From the NCBI GenBank assembly GCA_039714655.1, contig JBDLIX010000006.1, positions 4,448 to 68,447 of the forward strand: DNA of 64,000 bases, written 5' to 3'. Below, piece by piece: positions 21,596-31,430 of the stretch (position 1 is its first letter; each line of letters opens with the position of its first letter). Made by a program: the position numbers and the translations under genes. A model generated the notes under the pieces. The model was not told the origin of the DNA. It ran no database searches and saw nothing but the letters and a program-made list of their open reading frames with translations. The DNA comes from Bacteroidota bacterium (GTDB lineage Bacteria; Bacteroidota; Bacteroidia; Bacteroidales; GCA-2748055).

Positions 21596-22300
21596 CTAAG
21601 TGAAAGATTTTAATCTACCCTTTTCACTCCAGCTGTCCTGGTCATGCCGATAGAGGTGGATGGGCATGGATCTGGCCAGCTCCAGATAAAAGGGCATGAT
21701 TGAAAACCTCTTTTCTGCGGGGAAAAGTTTAAACACGGCCGGATCCATCACATGAATGCCACTGAAAGCAATGGGGATTAGCTGCTCTTCCCTTTCGTCC
21801 AGAAGAATGGTCTCCCCGGTACGATTATCCCGCCAACCTTTCAGGAGGCCTTCCCGATTCATAAGTAGGCTCCTGGTAGTCACCCGCTCTTTCACTGCCA
21901 ATGTAGCAATGGCCCTGTTTTTCACATGTGCCTCTAACAAATGAGTCAGGTCAATATCACTGATAACGTCCACATTATAAACCAGGAACGGTTTCTCCCC
22001 GAAAAACCAGGAGGCATGACCAATACCACCTCCCGTGTCAAGCAGTTCATCACGTTCATGTGAAAACTCAATGTGAATCCCAAAATGATCTTTTTGCTTT
22101 ATAAAATCTATGATTAACTCCGGGAAATGGTGTACATTGATAATAAGTTCGGTGAATCCCTGGTCCTTCAGTTTGAGGATCACATGTTCCAGGAGGGGAA
22201 CACCTTTCCACTCAAGCAAAGCCTTGGGTTTGTGATCTGTTAACGGCTGCAACCTGGTGCCCAGGCCAGCCGCCAGGATCATCGCTTTATTTCCTAACAC
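21596..22300 (-). CDS. Sugar-phosphate nucleotidyltransferase (MurU-like)
   Basis: AMILAAGLGTRLQPLT..KPKAL, LLDTGGG and YNVDV; short single-domain NTP transferase. MurU specificity is inferred from context only. Confidence 0.75.
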   Translation of the reverse strand: MLGNKAMILAAGLGTRLQPLTDHKPKALLEWKGVPLLEHVILKLKDQGFTELIINVHHFPELIIDFIKQKDHFGIHIEFSHERDELLDTGGGIGHASWFFGEKPFLVYNVDVISDIDLTHLLEAHVKNRAIATLAVKERVTTRSLLMNREGLLKGWRDNRTGETILLDEREEQLIPIAFSGIHVMDPAVFKLFPAEKRFSIMPFYLELARSMPIHLYRHDQDSWSEKGRLKSFT

Positions 22301-22325
22301 AAAAAGAGGTTTTTGTTGAAATCAA

Positions 22326-22502
22326 TCAGGCAGTGGTCCAGAAACACCTTTTGGGAGAGACAATCCTGCCCTCGGCCTTCAAAACCTTCATGGACTTATC
22401 AACCTCTTTCTTATCCAGGCTGGCAGCTTCGGCAATCTCCCCGGCTTTAAGCGGTTCTGTAGAGGATTCGAGTGTTTTAAATACAATTTCGATGGTTTCC
22501 AT
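22326..22502 (-). CDS. Small winged-helix protein, 58 aa (missing from ORF track)
   Basis: Manual translation: [58 protein letters not shown]. Starts 2 bp after the regulator's stop codon. Confidence 0.8.
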   Translation of the reverse strand: METIEIVFKTLESSTEPLKAGEIAEAASLDKKEVDKSMKVLKAEGRIVSPKRCFWTTA

Positions 22503-22504
22503 AA

Positions 22505-23251
22505 TTATCGAATACTATTGTTATAATGATTACCAAGATTCATGTGTTTTTCATAGATCGACTTTGTCCGAAGAAGATGTTCTTTCATAACCTGATACGC
22601 CTGATCACCATCCTGATCCCTGATCGCATACAAAATCTGATTGTGGTAGTTCAGGGTGTGGGCCTTTTCTCCATCAATATTACCATAAATATAGTTGCGC
22701 ATCCTGGGCAAAAGTGAATAGATGGGTTCCATGGTAATCTGCATAATCGGGTTGGAAGTAGATTTGGTAATACTTAAATGGAATTTATTGTCCAGGTCAG
22801 TCTCCTTCTGAGTATTGTCGGGATCGCAATTTTCAAATTCAGAATGGATCTCCTCCAGTTCGGAAATGTTTGCATCTGTTCTGTTCTGAGCTGCCAGTCT
22901 GGCAATCTCAGGCTCGAACAGAAGCCTCACTTCAATGATCTGGGCAATTAAATTTTTATCAAATTTCAGATCATAATAGAGGTTCAGGGATTTTATGGCA
23001 TCCTCAATGTTAATCTCAGTAACATACATCCCACTCCCCTTCTGAATGGTGATAAGTCCCCTGGCACTCAGCCTCCTCAAAGCTTCCCTCAAAGCCGTCC
23101 TGCTCACCCCAAAAGATTCACACATCTCTCTTTCGGTGGGAAGTTTGGAACCCACAATCAGCTTCTTCTCTCTGATTGCACTCTCCAGTGTCCGCTCAAT
23201 ACGCTGGCTCAGAGTAAGCTTGCTCCCAATATTTTGAAAAATATCATCCAT
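22505..23251 (-). CDS. GntR family transcriptional regulator, FadR subfamily
   Basis: [23 protein letters not shown] wHTH; FCD domain ([16 protein letters not shown]); TATCTTTG on the minus strand at 23274-23281. Confidence 0.92.
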   Translation of the reverse strand: MDDIFQNIGSKLTLSQRIERTLESAIREKKLIVGSKLPTEREMCESFGVSRTALREALRRLSARGLITIQKGSGMYVTEINIEDAIKSLNLYYDLKFDKNLIAQIIEVRLLFEPEIARLAAQNRTDANISELEEIHSEFENCDPDNTQKETDLDNKFHLSITKSTSNPIMQITMEPIYSLLPRMRNYIYGNIDGEKAHTLNYHNQILYAIRDQDGDQAYQVMKEHLLRTKSIYEKHMNLGNHYNNSIR

Positions 23252-23319
23252 TCATTTAAAAATTCATTGGCGTCAAAGATACATTTTTACCTGTACAATA
23301 TATTATTCAGTTATTAACC

Positions 23320-24858
23320 TTATTCAATTCCTATGAGGTCACTCAGTTGACTCTCATTATTTAAACGATCCAGGGCCGATATCCGGTAGATTCCCGGAGC
23401 AATCCCACCCTTGAATAAAACACTCTTCTCTCCTACGACTCTTACTATATTCTTAGCTTTCTTAAGGAATCGTGTCTCACCCGGATCAAACCTGTATATC
23501 ACAAAAAACCTGGATCGATTCATTTCATCAGGCTCATCAACCACATCCCAGACCAGGGAGTTACCCATCACCCGCACATTGATCGGGGCCTGAGGAGCCA
23601 GGATATCGATCCACGGCATGGTTGGAACCAGGGAGGGATGTGAACAATATTGCTTCTGCAGCTTCCTGTTCATGGATTCAATATCCTTTCTGAAGAAATG
23701 TCTGCTGCTGAAATACCCGAAACCATCCAATCCTTCCAGGGAACGAATGATATCAATCTGATGCAGAAAATATTTCTCCTTTCTCCACAGCTTGTGTTCT
23801 GACTTCTTATCAATCCTGTATGGGGCCAATCCAATGTATACCGACCTGCCATATCCAAAATCGCTCCACCAGTAAGCCAGTGTGGAAAAGTCAACTGCCG
23901 GATGATCATCCCGCCAGTACAACTGCGGCATCAGATAATCGATCCACCCTTTACGTTGCCAGGAGATCACATCAGCGTAAAGATCGTCGAAATTGGTCGA
24001 ACCTGCAGATGTTTCTGAACCGATTGGATCCTGAGAGCGATTTCTCCATACCCCAAAAGGACTGATCCCGAATTTCACCCAGGGCTTTTCCGTTGTAATG
24101 GCTGCCTGGAGCAGCTGGATGATCGTATCCACATTATGCCTTCTCCAATCTTCCACGCTGTCTGGATAATAATTTCCTCCAAATCTTTCAAAGTCTATGC
24201 TATCGGGTAACGATTTCCCCTCGATCCTGTATGGATAAAAATAATCATCAAAATGAACCGCATCCACATCATACCGTTTGACAACATCCACTACTACCCT
24301 CTTTACAAAATCCCAGACCTCCGGATTTGCCGGTGAAAAATAGACTTTTGAGCCATAGGTAAAGATCCACTCAGGGTGACTCTGTATGACATGATCTTCA
24401 CTCAACTCATCATACATGTTCATTTTGATCCTGTATGGATTGAACCAGGCATGGAGTTCCATGCCCCTTATGTGTGACTCTTTGATCCAGAATTCAAGAG
24501 GATCATAGTAGGGCTCAGGTGCTTTACCCTGCTCTCCTGACAAAAACCTGGACCATGGTTCCAGCTCAGATGAATAGATCGCATCGGCGGAAGGTCTGAC
24601 CTGAAGTATGATGGCATTGGCACCATTCATTTTATGATGATCAAGGATCTTAATGATCTCTTCCTGTTGTATAGCAGTTGTAAGACCAGGCTTTGATGGC
24701 CAGTCAATGTTTGCCACTGTGGAAACCCATACGCCCCTGAATTCTCGCTTATCAGACTGTCCATTAATAGGATGTATGACAAATCCTAAGAGAGATACTG
24801 CCATAAGTAGATGACTCCGAAGAATATACATGAAGTATTGATTCATAGTATTTTCCAA
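23320..24858 (-). CDS. GHL10 (DUF187, YddW/DigH-like) glycoside hydrolase, signal peptide, no T9SS CTD
   Basis: EFRGVWVSTVANIDWPS, ELHAWFNPYR, VHFDDYFYPY, FGISPFGVWRN and DYLMPQLYW. True start may be ATG at 24846 or slightly further in. Confidence 0.88.
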   Translation of the reverse strand: MENTMNQYFMYILRSHLLMAVSLLGFVIHPINGQSDKREFRGVWVSTVANIDWPSKPGLTTAIQQEEIIKILDHHKMNGANAIILQVRPSADAIYSSELEPWSRFLSGEQGKAPEPYYDPLEFWIKESHIRGMELHAWFNPYRIKMNMYDELSEDHVIQSHPEWIFTYGSKVYFSPANPEVWDFVKRVVVDVVKRYDVDAVHFDDYFYPYRIEGKSLPDSIDFERFGGNYYPDSVEDWRRHNVDTIIQLLQAAITTEKPWVKFGISPFGVWRNRSQDPIGSETSAGSTNFDDLYADVISWQRKGWIDYLMPQLYWRDDHPAVDFSTLAYWWSDFGYGRSVYIGLAPYRIDKKSEHKLWRKEKYFLHQIDIIRSLEGLDGFGYFSSRHFFRKDIESMNRKLQKQYCSHPSLVPTMPWIDILAPQAPINVRVMGNSLVWDVVDEPDEMNRSRFFVIYRFDPGETRFLKKAKNIVRVVGEKSVLFKGGIAPGIYRISALDRLNNESQLSDLIGIE

Positions 24859-24945
24859 TATTTTTTCTCTAATTATAGTACAATATACAAATTTTTATCA
24901 TAGATTTGTCATACATATTACGTATTATTAGTATTATGTTATACA
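24772..24945. promoter_or_regulatory. Candidate FadR/GntR operator array in the divergent promoter
   Basis: ATGTATGACAAATC (24772-24785) and GATTTGTCATACAT (24903-24916) are exact reverse complements; third related core TGTTATACA at 24937-24945. Confidence 0.55.
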
Positions 24946-25047
24946 ACCCACCTTTTTCACCTGCTGTTTCAGCAACTCCATTCTCTAAGTGGACTCAACG
25001 GTTAATAGATCAAGCATTGCGAAATATTTTAACTAAAATCTTTAAAT

Positions 25048-26469
25048 ATGAAGAAACCTTTACTATTTATCATGGTTTTCCTTGTGTTATCATTTATAGG
25101 GTATGCACAGGGAGATACGACCTTTGTGGAGGTCTGGGCCCATTACGGCGAAAATGCACCTGAATGGTTTACCGATGGAAGCGAAGTAGAGCAGGGAGAT
25201 CCATCCTTTGCCGCCTCTGAGCGGGGAATCGTATACAGTGACTATTCAGGTCACCTATACGTTTCGAGCCGGCATCCCGAGGATGTTGACAGCGACGGCA
25301 CATTGGACTGGGGAGAGCCCCATGTGTATGTGCTGGATCCGGAAACCGGTGAAGCACCACAATTCGGTTTGGCCCAATTGCTTACAACCGGGATCAGATC
25401 CTCCGATGAATTCTTTGGTGGTGGCTATCCGCTGAACAATGTGACAAGCACGGTGGATGGCTCCATATTTGCATGCAACATGACCCTGGCCTCAGGACCG
25501 GATATTGTCAGCGATGGCGGTGTAACGGTGAAAGCCTTCAGGGTATACCGCTGGAGCTGGGAACAGGATATTCCCCAAACCATCATCGATTACAAGGAGG
25601 GTGGCTTCCGCCTGGGAGACAAGTTCAGCGTTATCGGGAACTGGGATGAAGAGGCCTACATCTACGCCGGTGCCGGAGAGACAAGCAAGTTGCTTCGCTG
25701 GAAAGTGACCGCTGGGGTGGTGGATGAAGCTCCCACCATCATAACTCTGCAGGATATTGCCAATGCCGGCACTTCTATTACAGTGGCACCTTCCATCAGC
25801 AAAGATGACTGGATCTATGTGAGTGGTAAAGGATTCTTGCCTACCCTGTTTACGACCGAAGGGGTCAACCTGACCCAGGTTTCCATCACCGCTGCTGATA
25901 TGCCATCTTCTCTTATTGCCGGCCGGACCATTGAATATAACGACAGGCTCTATATGGGCATGTTCAGCGGGGATCAGAGCGCTTTTGTCTTTGACATTAC
26001 CAAACATGGCGAGAATGTGACCGATGTGGATGTGATTGGCTTCTCTCCTGTTTTCGGAACCAAATATGACGATGCTTATGGTGAAGGTGCGGTAGAATTC
26101 GGGATTATTGAGGAGCAACTGCATCTATTTGTATGTGCTCCCAGTAATGGGATCGCATGCTACCGGATCGAGGGGATCAACCACACCTCTGTGGAAAAGA
26201 GAATCACCGAATCATTCCGGATATCTGCTTATCCAAATCCTGCCACAGAATTTGCCAATATAAGCTTCACGCTACCCATGGATGCCAATGGCGCCGTGGC
26301 TGTGAAGCTTTTTGACATGTCAGGCCGGTTTATGGGGATCACTGCTGACAAAGCAACCGGTGGAACCCAGGAGATGCGTCTAAACACTTCTGAACTATCA
26401 TCCGGTCAATACATCTTCCAGGTGGTATACAACAATGAAATCAACATCGGAAAACTAATTATTCAATAA
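25048..26469 (+). CDS. T9SS-secreted protein with putative beta-propeller (DUF4623-like) domain
   Basis: Signal peptide; ERGIVY...RLGDKFSVIG module; type A CTD (AYPNPA...LSSGQYIF...KLIIQ). Confidence 0.7.
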   Translation: MKKPLLFIMVFLVLSFIGYAQGDTTFVEVWAHYGENAPEWFTDGSEVEQGDPSFAASERGIVYSDYSGHLYVSSRHPEDVDSDGTLDWGEPHVYVLDPETGEAPQFGLAQLLTTGIRSSDEFFGGGYPLNNVTSTVDGSIFACNMTLASGPDIVSDGGVTVKAFRVYRWSWEQDIPQTIIDYKEGGFRLGDKFSVIGNWDEEAYIYAGAGETSKLLRWKVTAGVVDEAPTIITLQDIANAGTSITVAPSISKDDWIYVSGKGFLPTLFTTEGVNLTQVSITAADMPSSLIAGRTIEYNDRLYMGMFSGDQSAFVFDITKHGENVTDVDVIGFSPVFGTKYDDAYGEGAVEFGIIEEQLHLFVCAPSNGIACYRIEGINHTSVEKRITESFRISAYPNPATEFANISFTLPMDANGAVAVKLFDMSGRFMGITADKATGGTQEMRLNTSELSSGQYIFQVVYNNEINIGKLIIQ

Positions 26470-26493
26470 CATGTCTTACTAAATCATGCAACT

Positions 26494-29400
26494 ATGAGAA
26501 AAAGATTTACATTTTTAATGATGCTGGTTGCAGGTTTCCTCTTTTTTGGGAGTGACCTGGCAATGGCACAGGCTGAAGTCTGGAACAAGTCACATGTCTG
26601 GAATGCCGACCGGTATTACAGAGGACTCGCTTACAGCCCTTTGAATAACCACCTATATGTGGGTGGAACGGAAGGAGCCTATGTGGGTGATGCAGGCGGT
26701 ACTGTAAAAGAGGACAGCAAGATTCAGGTCCTTGATGCCGCTACCGGAGATTCTGTAACCACTCTTTCTCCCGCATCCGCAATGGGCGGTGACTGGGGAT
26801 ATGGCATCAGAGATGTTGAGGTCGATATGGAAGGGGGCATTTATGCCACCACTGGTACTTCGAATCAATACAATCCGGTACAGCTCTATTACTGGGCCAG
26901 TGAAGATGCAGAACCTGTTCAGTTATGGAAGGATGCTTCCGGAACTGCCGATGATTTTGGCGGTTCATTCAGTGTATATGGAAGTTTTTCCCATGAGGCA
27001 CTCATCATCATTCCCTTTGTCAATGTGGCCAAGGTGTATTATTTCGAAGTCGTTGACGGTGTGCTGGGCGAAGTAAAGACCCTTGATCTGACAGGACTCA
27101 CAAGCGTGAGGACTCCCACCGTACAGGCTCTTGGAGCGAAAATAGCGGATGGATTCTGGTACAATAACGTGGCGCTTCCGGGACCGGTTAAGTTTGACGG
27201 ATCCGGAAACATTACAGCAACAGTTCCTGCCGAAGTGTTTGCAACGCCTACCACAGGTGATTGTAAATTCGTTCAAATGGCACCTTTTGAGGCTCTGGTT
27301 ATTTCTGATTCGGGAAGTGTTGTAGCCATCAATATTACAGGTAAAGCTGCAGATCTGTCAGATGTGACCGCAGCAGATATACTGATGACTCTGCCGGGAA
27401 CTCCTCCGATCCATCAATCCATATGGCCGCACGTTTACGGTAACGGACAAGAGCAGATAGCCCTCGGTAATCCTGATGGTGGCTGGGCCATTTATTCATT
27501 ATCAGGAGGCAACTATGTAGCTGCCGTTGCAGGGGATGGAGCACCTACAGCGACCAACCTGAGCTTTAGCGGAAATCCTGTTGTGGCTGATGTGATTACT
27601 GCAGAATATCAATATATCGATTTTAACAATGACCTGGAAGGAACCTCAGAGATCAAGTGGTATGTGGCTGATGATGACGAGGGTACAGGTAAAGCTGAGA
27701 TCACTGCCAATGCTGGTAACCTGACCTACACACTGGATGCAGTTGATGAGGGTAAATACATCAGTTTCACAGTATTACCAGTTTCATCAACCGGGGCTAC
27801 CACCTCCAGTGCCTTGCATTTGGTCGAATCGGCAGCTTTCGGACCCGTACTGGCAGCAGCCAATCCTCCTGTAGCCAGCGATGTGGCTATCAGCGGAACC
27901 CTCTGGGCAGGAGAAATCCTTACCGGTAGTTATACCTATAGCGATGCCAATGGGGACTCTGAAGGAGAATCCGTGATCGAATGGTACCGTGCAGATGAAA
28001 CGGATACACTTCTTGTCAGCTCCGGTGGCCTGGAATATACCCTTGTAGATGCTGATACAGGTAAATATATCATATTGAGTGTTACACCTGTAGCTGAGGC
28101 AGGATGGTTCACAATTGGTGAGACTGTCAGTGCAGTAACTGCCGATACAGTATCGCCTCCACCACCCATACCTCCGGTGGCTTCTGAGCTTGGCATTACA
28201 GGCCGTGAAGAGGTAGCTGGTATTTTAACAGGAAGCTATACCTACACAGACTACAACGGAGATGCTGAGGCAGAAACCATATTAAAATGGTATCGGGCTG
28301 ATGATGCTATCGGGACCGGCAAAGTTGAGATTGTCGCCGATACCAACATGTATACCGTTGCAGTTGAAGATGAAGCTAAATATATATTGTTTGAAGTAAC
28401 CCCCATATCCGTAGAAACAGTCGGTATTGATACCGGTGTTGTGGTGATGGTCGCAACAGGTGTAATTGGTCCGGAACCCGCGGCTGAAGCGCCGGTGGCA
28501 ACCGATGTAATGATACACGGCACGGCCGAAGTTGGCGTTGTACTCTATGGTACCTATACGTATACCGACCGTACTGATGATCCTGAAGGAGCATCTGTCC
28601 ACTCATGGTATACGGCTGATGATACCCTCGGAACCAACCTTGCACCGGTTGCCGGTGCAGATGATAACGCCCTTCTGGTAACGGAAGATATGATTGGCAG
28701 TTACGTGGGATATGGAATTACCCCGGTTGCCACAGTAGGTGACCTGCTCACTGGTGAACTGGTCATTGTTCCTTCTGAAACTGTTGTCGCTGCATCCACC
28801 AATGATGGTGACTTTGAGCGTGTTTGGATGAGAGCTGCCAAACACAATGCGATTCCTGAATATATGGGGAGCGGAAATACCGAGCGTGGATTTGCAGTTG
28901 GGGCTGACCATATTTACATTGCCAGCAGGAATGGCGGAACGAACCTGCTTGTTGTCGATAAGAGCGATGGTACACTGATCACAAAAATGAATACCGAAGG
29001 CATGGATGCCGGGTTGTATAAGATCAGTGATGTGGAAGTTTCTGACGACGGTCAGATACTCGCCTGTCCGCTGACACTGAATGCAAGTGCGGCAACAGGA
29101 TGGGGTGCCGGATTATTTACCATCTACAAATGGACCGATGAACTGTCAGCTCCTGTAAAATGGATTGAATACCAGGCTTCTGAAAAGATGCGTCTTGGTG
29201 ATAAATTCACTGTCACAGGTGATGTCTCCGGAGATGCAGTGATTTATGCTGCAGCACCGGAAGGAAAAGTGGTCCGCTGGATTGTCACCGGTGGTATACC
29301 CGATACCGGCACTGAATTATCGCTGGAGGGTTTATCTACATTGGGAGTGACTCCTGCTGTAGTCCCATTCCAACCAACTGCAGACTCAGACTTCCTGGTG

Positions 29401-30627
29401 GATGCACGCGGATTACAGGCTCAGATTTTCGATAAAGACGGAATGTCTGTAGGAGCCATTGAAGGGGTAGGTAAGGATGATAACCAGTCCAATTCCCCGA
29501 ATATTTTCTATCATAAAGGGCGTACACTTGCAGCGTTCCATCAGAAAACCGAGGATTTGCAATGGAATGTGATTGTCAAAGACATCACTGCTGCACCGTT
29601 TGCGACTGTGGGTACATCCGAGGCACTCTCTTTTACGGACCAGGAACTTGGCGGTGTGCATGTAGCGTCTGATGCAGATTTCTTCTACCTCTATATGTTG
29701 TCAGCCAACAACGGAGTTGCACATTTCAAAGGTGTCTTAATAAGTCCTGAATTCGTATCGGCAGAATCCACTGAGACAGGAGACAGTCTGTTTGTTGTGT
29801 TCAGCAAGAGCATGCCCGATACCACCAATCAAAGTACAGGGTGGATTGTGAATGTAGATGGTGCACCGGTAGCGATCGATACCATCATTGGTACGGGTAC
29901 AGCGCCAGAGGTGTTAACCTTTGTTCTGGAATCAGCTGCTACTGAGGGACAGAGCATCACCATTGAATATGACGGAACAGGAACAGCCGCCGCTGCTGAT
30001 GCGCAGCCGCTGCTTGCCTTTGGTCCCGAGAATGTGGTCAATATTGTTGGTGCCCAAGTACCGGTTGCTACTGATGCTGCAGTGACAGGGGACCTCTTTG
30101 TGGGATCCACGCTTACAGGCACCTATACTTATGCAGATGCCAACGGCGATGTTGAGGAAGGCTCCGCTTATCAGTGGTACTATGCTTCTGATGCAGCAGG
30201 CAGCGATGCCCTGAAGCTTTTGGGTGAAAACGGAGCGACCTATGTGGTAGGAGATGATATGCGTGAGAAATATGTGGCATTCGAGGTGACTCCGGCCACT
30301 GCCACAGGTGGAATGAACTACCTGGTAGGCGAACCGGTAATGTCTGAATTTGTTCAGATCTCTACAGTTGGAATCGGGCTGGATCAATCATTGAATGTAA
30401 ATGTTTATCCCAACCCGTTTGCCAACACGCTGACCATTGATAACTGCAGTTCTTTCGAAACCATTGCTGTCATTGACATCACTGGTAGAGTTCAGCAGAG
30501 TGTCAAGACACTCGGTGAAAACAGAATTGAGCTGAACATGGAAGGATGCCAGAAGGGTGTCTACTTCCTGAAGCTCACCACTGTTGAGAGTAAAACTGAA
30601 GTAGTGCGCATTGTAAAAGCGCAATAA
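26494..30627 (+). CDS. Large T9SS-secreted multidomain protein: two propeller-like (DUF4623-like) domains, five AIR9/A9-like Ig repeats, SwmB-like domain
   Basis: Signal peptide; five P.A....I.G...VG..L.G.Y.Y.D...D.EG.S...WY..D-type repeats; RLGDKFTVTG module; CTD VYPNPF...GVYFLKL...RIVK. Confidence 0.72.
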   Translation: MRKRFTFLMMLVAGFLFFGSDLAMAQAEVWNKSHVWNADRYYRGLAYSPLNNHLYVGGTEGAYVGDAGGTVKEDSKIQVLDAATGDSVTTLSPASAMGGDWGYGIRDVEVDMEGGIYATTGTSNQYNPVQLYYWASEDAEPVQLWKDASGTADDFGGSFSVYGSFSHEALIIIPFVNVAKVYYFEVVDGVLGEVKTLDLTGLTSVRTPTVQALGAKIADGFWYNNVALPGPVKFDGSGNITATVPAEVFATPTTGDCKFVQMAPFEALVISDSGSVVAINITGKAADLSDVTAADILMTLPGTPPIHQSIWPHVYGNGQEQIALGNPDGGWAIYSLSGGNYVAAVAGDGAPTATNLSFSGNPVVADVITAEYQYIDFNNDLEGTSEIKWYVADDDEGTGKAEITANAGNLTYTLDAVDEGKYISFTVLPVSSTGATTSSALHLVESAAFGPVLAAANPPVASDVAISGTLWAGEILTGSYTYSDANGDSEGESVIEWYRADETDTLLVSSGGLEYTLVDADTGKYIILSVTPVAEAGWFTIGETVSAVTADTVSPPPPIPPVASELGITGREEVAGILTGSYTYTDYNGDAEAETILKWYRADDAIGTGKVEIVADTNMYTVAVEDEAKYILFEVTPISVETVGIDTGVVVMVATGVIGPEPAAEAPVATDVMIHGTAEVGVVLYGTYTYTDRTDDPEGASVHSWYTADDTLGTNLAPVAGADDNALLVTEDMIGSYVGYGITPVATVGDLLTGELVIVPSETVVAASTNDGDFERVWMRAAKHNAIPEYMGSGNTERGFAVGADHIYIASRNGGTNLLVVDKSDGTLITKMNTEGMDAGLYKISDVEVSDDGQILACPLTLNASAATGWGAGLFTIYKWTDELSAPVKWIEYQASEKMRLGDKFTVTGDVSGDAVIYAAAPEGKVVRWIVTGGIPDTGTELSLEGLSTLGVTPAVVPFQPTADSDFLVDARGLQAQIFDKDGMSVGAIEGVGKDDNQSNSPNIFYHKGRTLAAFHQKTEDLQWNVIVKDITAAPFATVGTSEALSFTDQELGGVHVASDADFFYLYMLSANNGVAHFKGVLISPEFVSAESTETGDSLFVVFSKSMPDTTNQSTGWIVNVDGAPVAIDTIIGTGTAPEVLTFVLESAATEGQSITIEYDGTGTAAAADAQPLLAFGPENVVNIVGAQVPVATDAAVTGDLFVGSTLTGTYTYADANGDVEEGSAYQWYYASDAAGSDALKLLGENGATYVVGDDMREKYVAFEVTPATATGGMNYLVGEPVMSEFVQISTVGIGLDQSLNVNVYPNPFANTLTIDNCSSFETIAVIDITGRVQQSVKTLGENRIELNMEGCQKGVYFLKLTTVESKTEVVRIVKAQ

Positions 30628-30638
30628 ACTTCTCATAT

Positions 30639-30680
30639 ATGAAGGGCGGACAGTAATCTGTCTGCCCTTCATTTTATTTC
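30639..30680 (+). terminator. Intrinsic terminator-like hairpin inside the operon
   Basis: ATGAAGGGCGGACAG-TAAT-CTGTCTGCCCTTCAT is a 15-bp stem with one G-U pair, followed by TTTATTTC. Confidence 0.8.
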
Positions 30681-30711
30681 TTTCCTAAACAGATCATTTA
30701 TCTCTCCTATA

Positions 30712-31419
30712 ATGAAGAGAATATTCATTTTATGCACTTTAATGGCCGTTGGAATAGCTGTGGGAGCACAGGATATCAGGGCCAGAAGAATTAAGAAAGT
30801 CCCCTTAAAACACGAGGCCTTCTATCCCTCTTTTGGACAGAAAAGCTATCAAATTCTGCTATCTGGAAATGATGGAGATGTGGTTTCGATGTACAATACA
30901 AGGTTTCGCCGGGAAAAACAAGTTTCGGAGCTTGACCCTACTCAATTAATGAATGTAACGCAATCCGGGGAGAATCATCTGCAGGTCAGAACAACCGGGA
31001 AACAAATGGAACTGGTAAGTCCAAATGCTGATCCGGTGGTACTTGCTCCTGCTGGTGACCATTTCTATATCTGGGTATCTCTTTCTCCCGACAAAAAACA
31101 GTTGCTATTTACCGCTGCAGGAAAAGGGACCTTTATATCTGACCTTCATGGATCTATCCTGAAGGAATTGGGATATCTGAATTCCCCAACCTGGATGAAT
31201 AACCAGTGGATACTGGGAATGAAGGACCTGGATGATGGTCATCAGGTTAAATCATCAGACATTATTACGATTCATGTGCCTTCGGGGATTAGAAAGAACC
31301 TGACCACCGGGAGCGATGAAGTTGCTCTGAACCCAAGAGCTTCAGAGGCAGCAGACCGTATTGTTTTTCACAATATGAAGGGCGAAGTGTTCACCATGAG
31401 AATCAGAATCAGGGATTAA
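30712..31419 (+). CDS. Secreted/periplasmic hypothetical protein, TolB/WD40-like propeller fragments
   Basis: Signal peptide; WVSLSPDKKQLLF, SPTW and NPRAS...RIVF blade-like motifs. Confidence 0.6.
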   Translation: MKRIFILCTLMAVGIAVGAQDIRARRIKKVPLKHEAFYPSFGQKSYQILLSGNDGDVVSMYNTRFRREKQVSELDPTQLMNVTQSGENHLQVRTTGKQMELVSPNADPVVLAPAGDHFYIWVSLSPDKKQLLFTAAGKGTFISDLHGSILKELGYLNSPTWMNNQWILGMKDLDDGHQVKSSDIITIHVPSGIRKNLTTGSDEVALNPRASEAADRIVFHNMKGEVFTMRIRIRD

Positions 31420-31430
31420 GAAATGTCTAC

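Noticed and set aside
21596-22300. Nucleotidyltransferase as a substitute ATP sulfurylase for CysH/Apr
   Set aside because: It has the sugar-phosphate NTP-transferase signature (LAAGLGTRL), not Sat (QTRN/HxxH) or CysD motifs.
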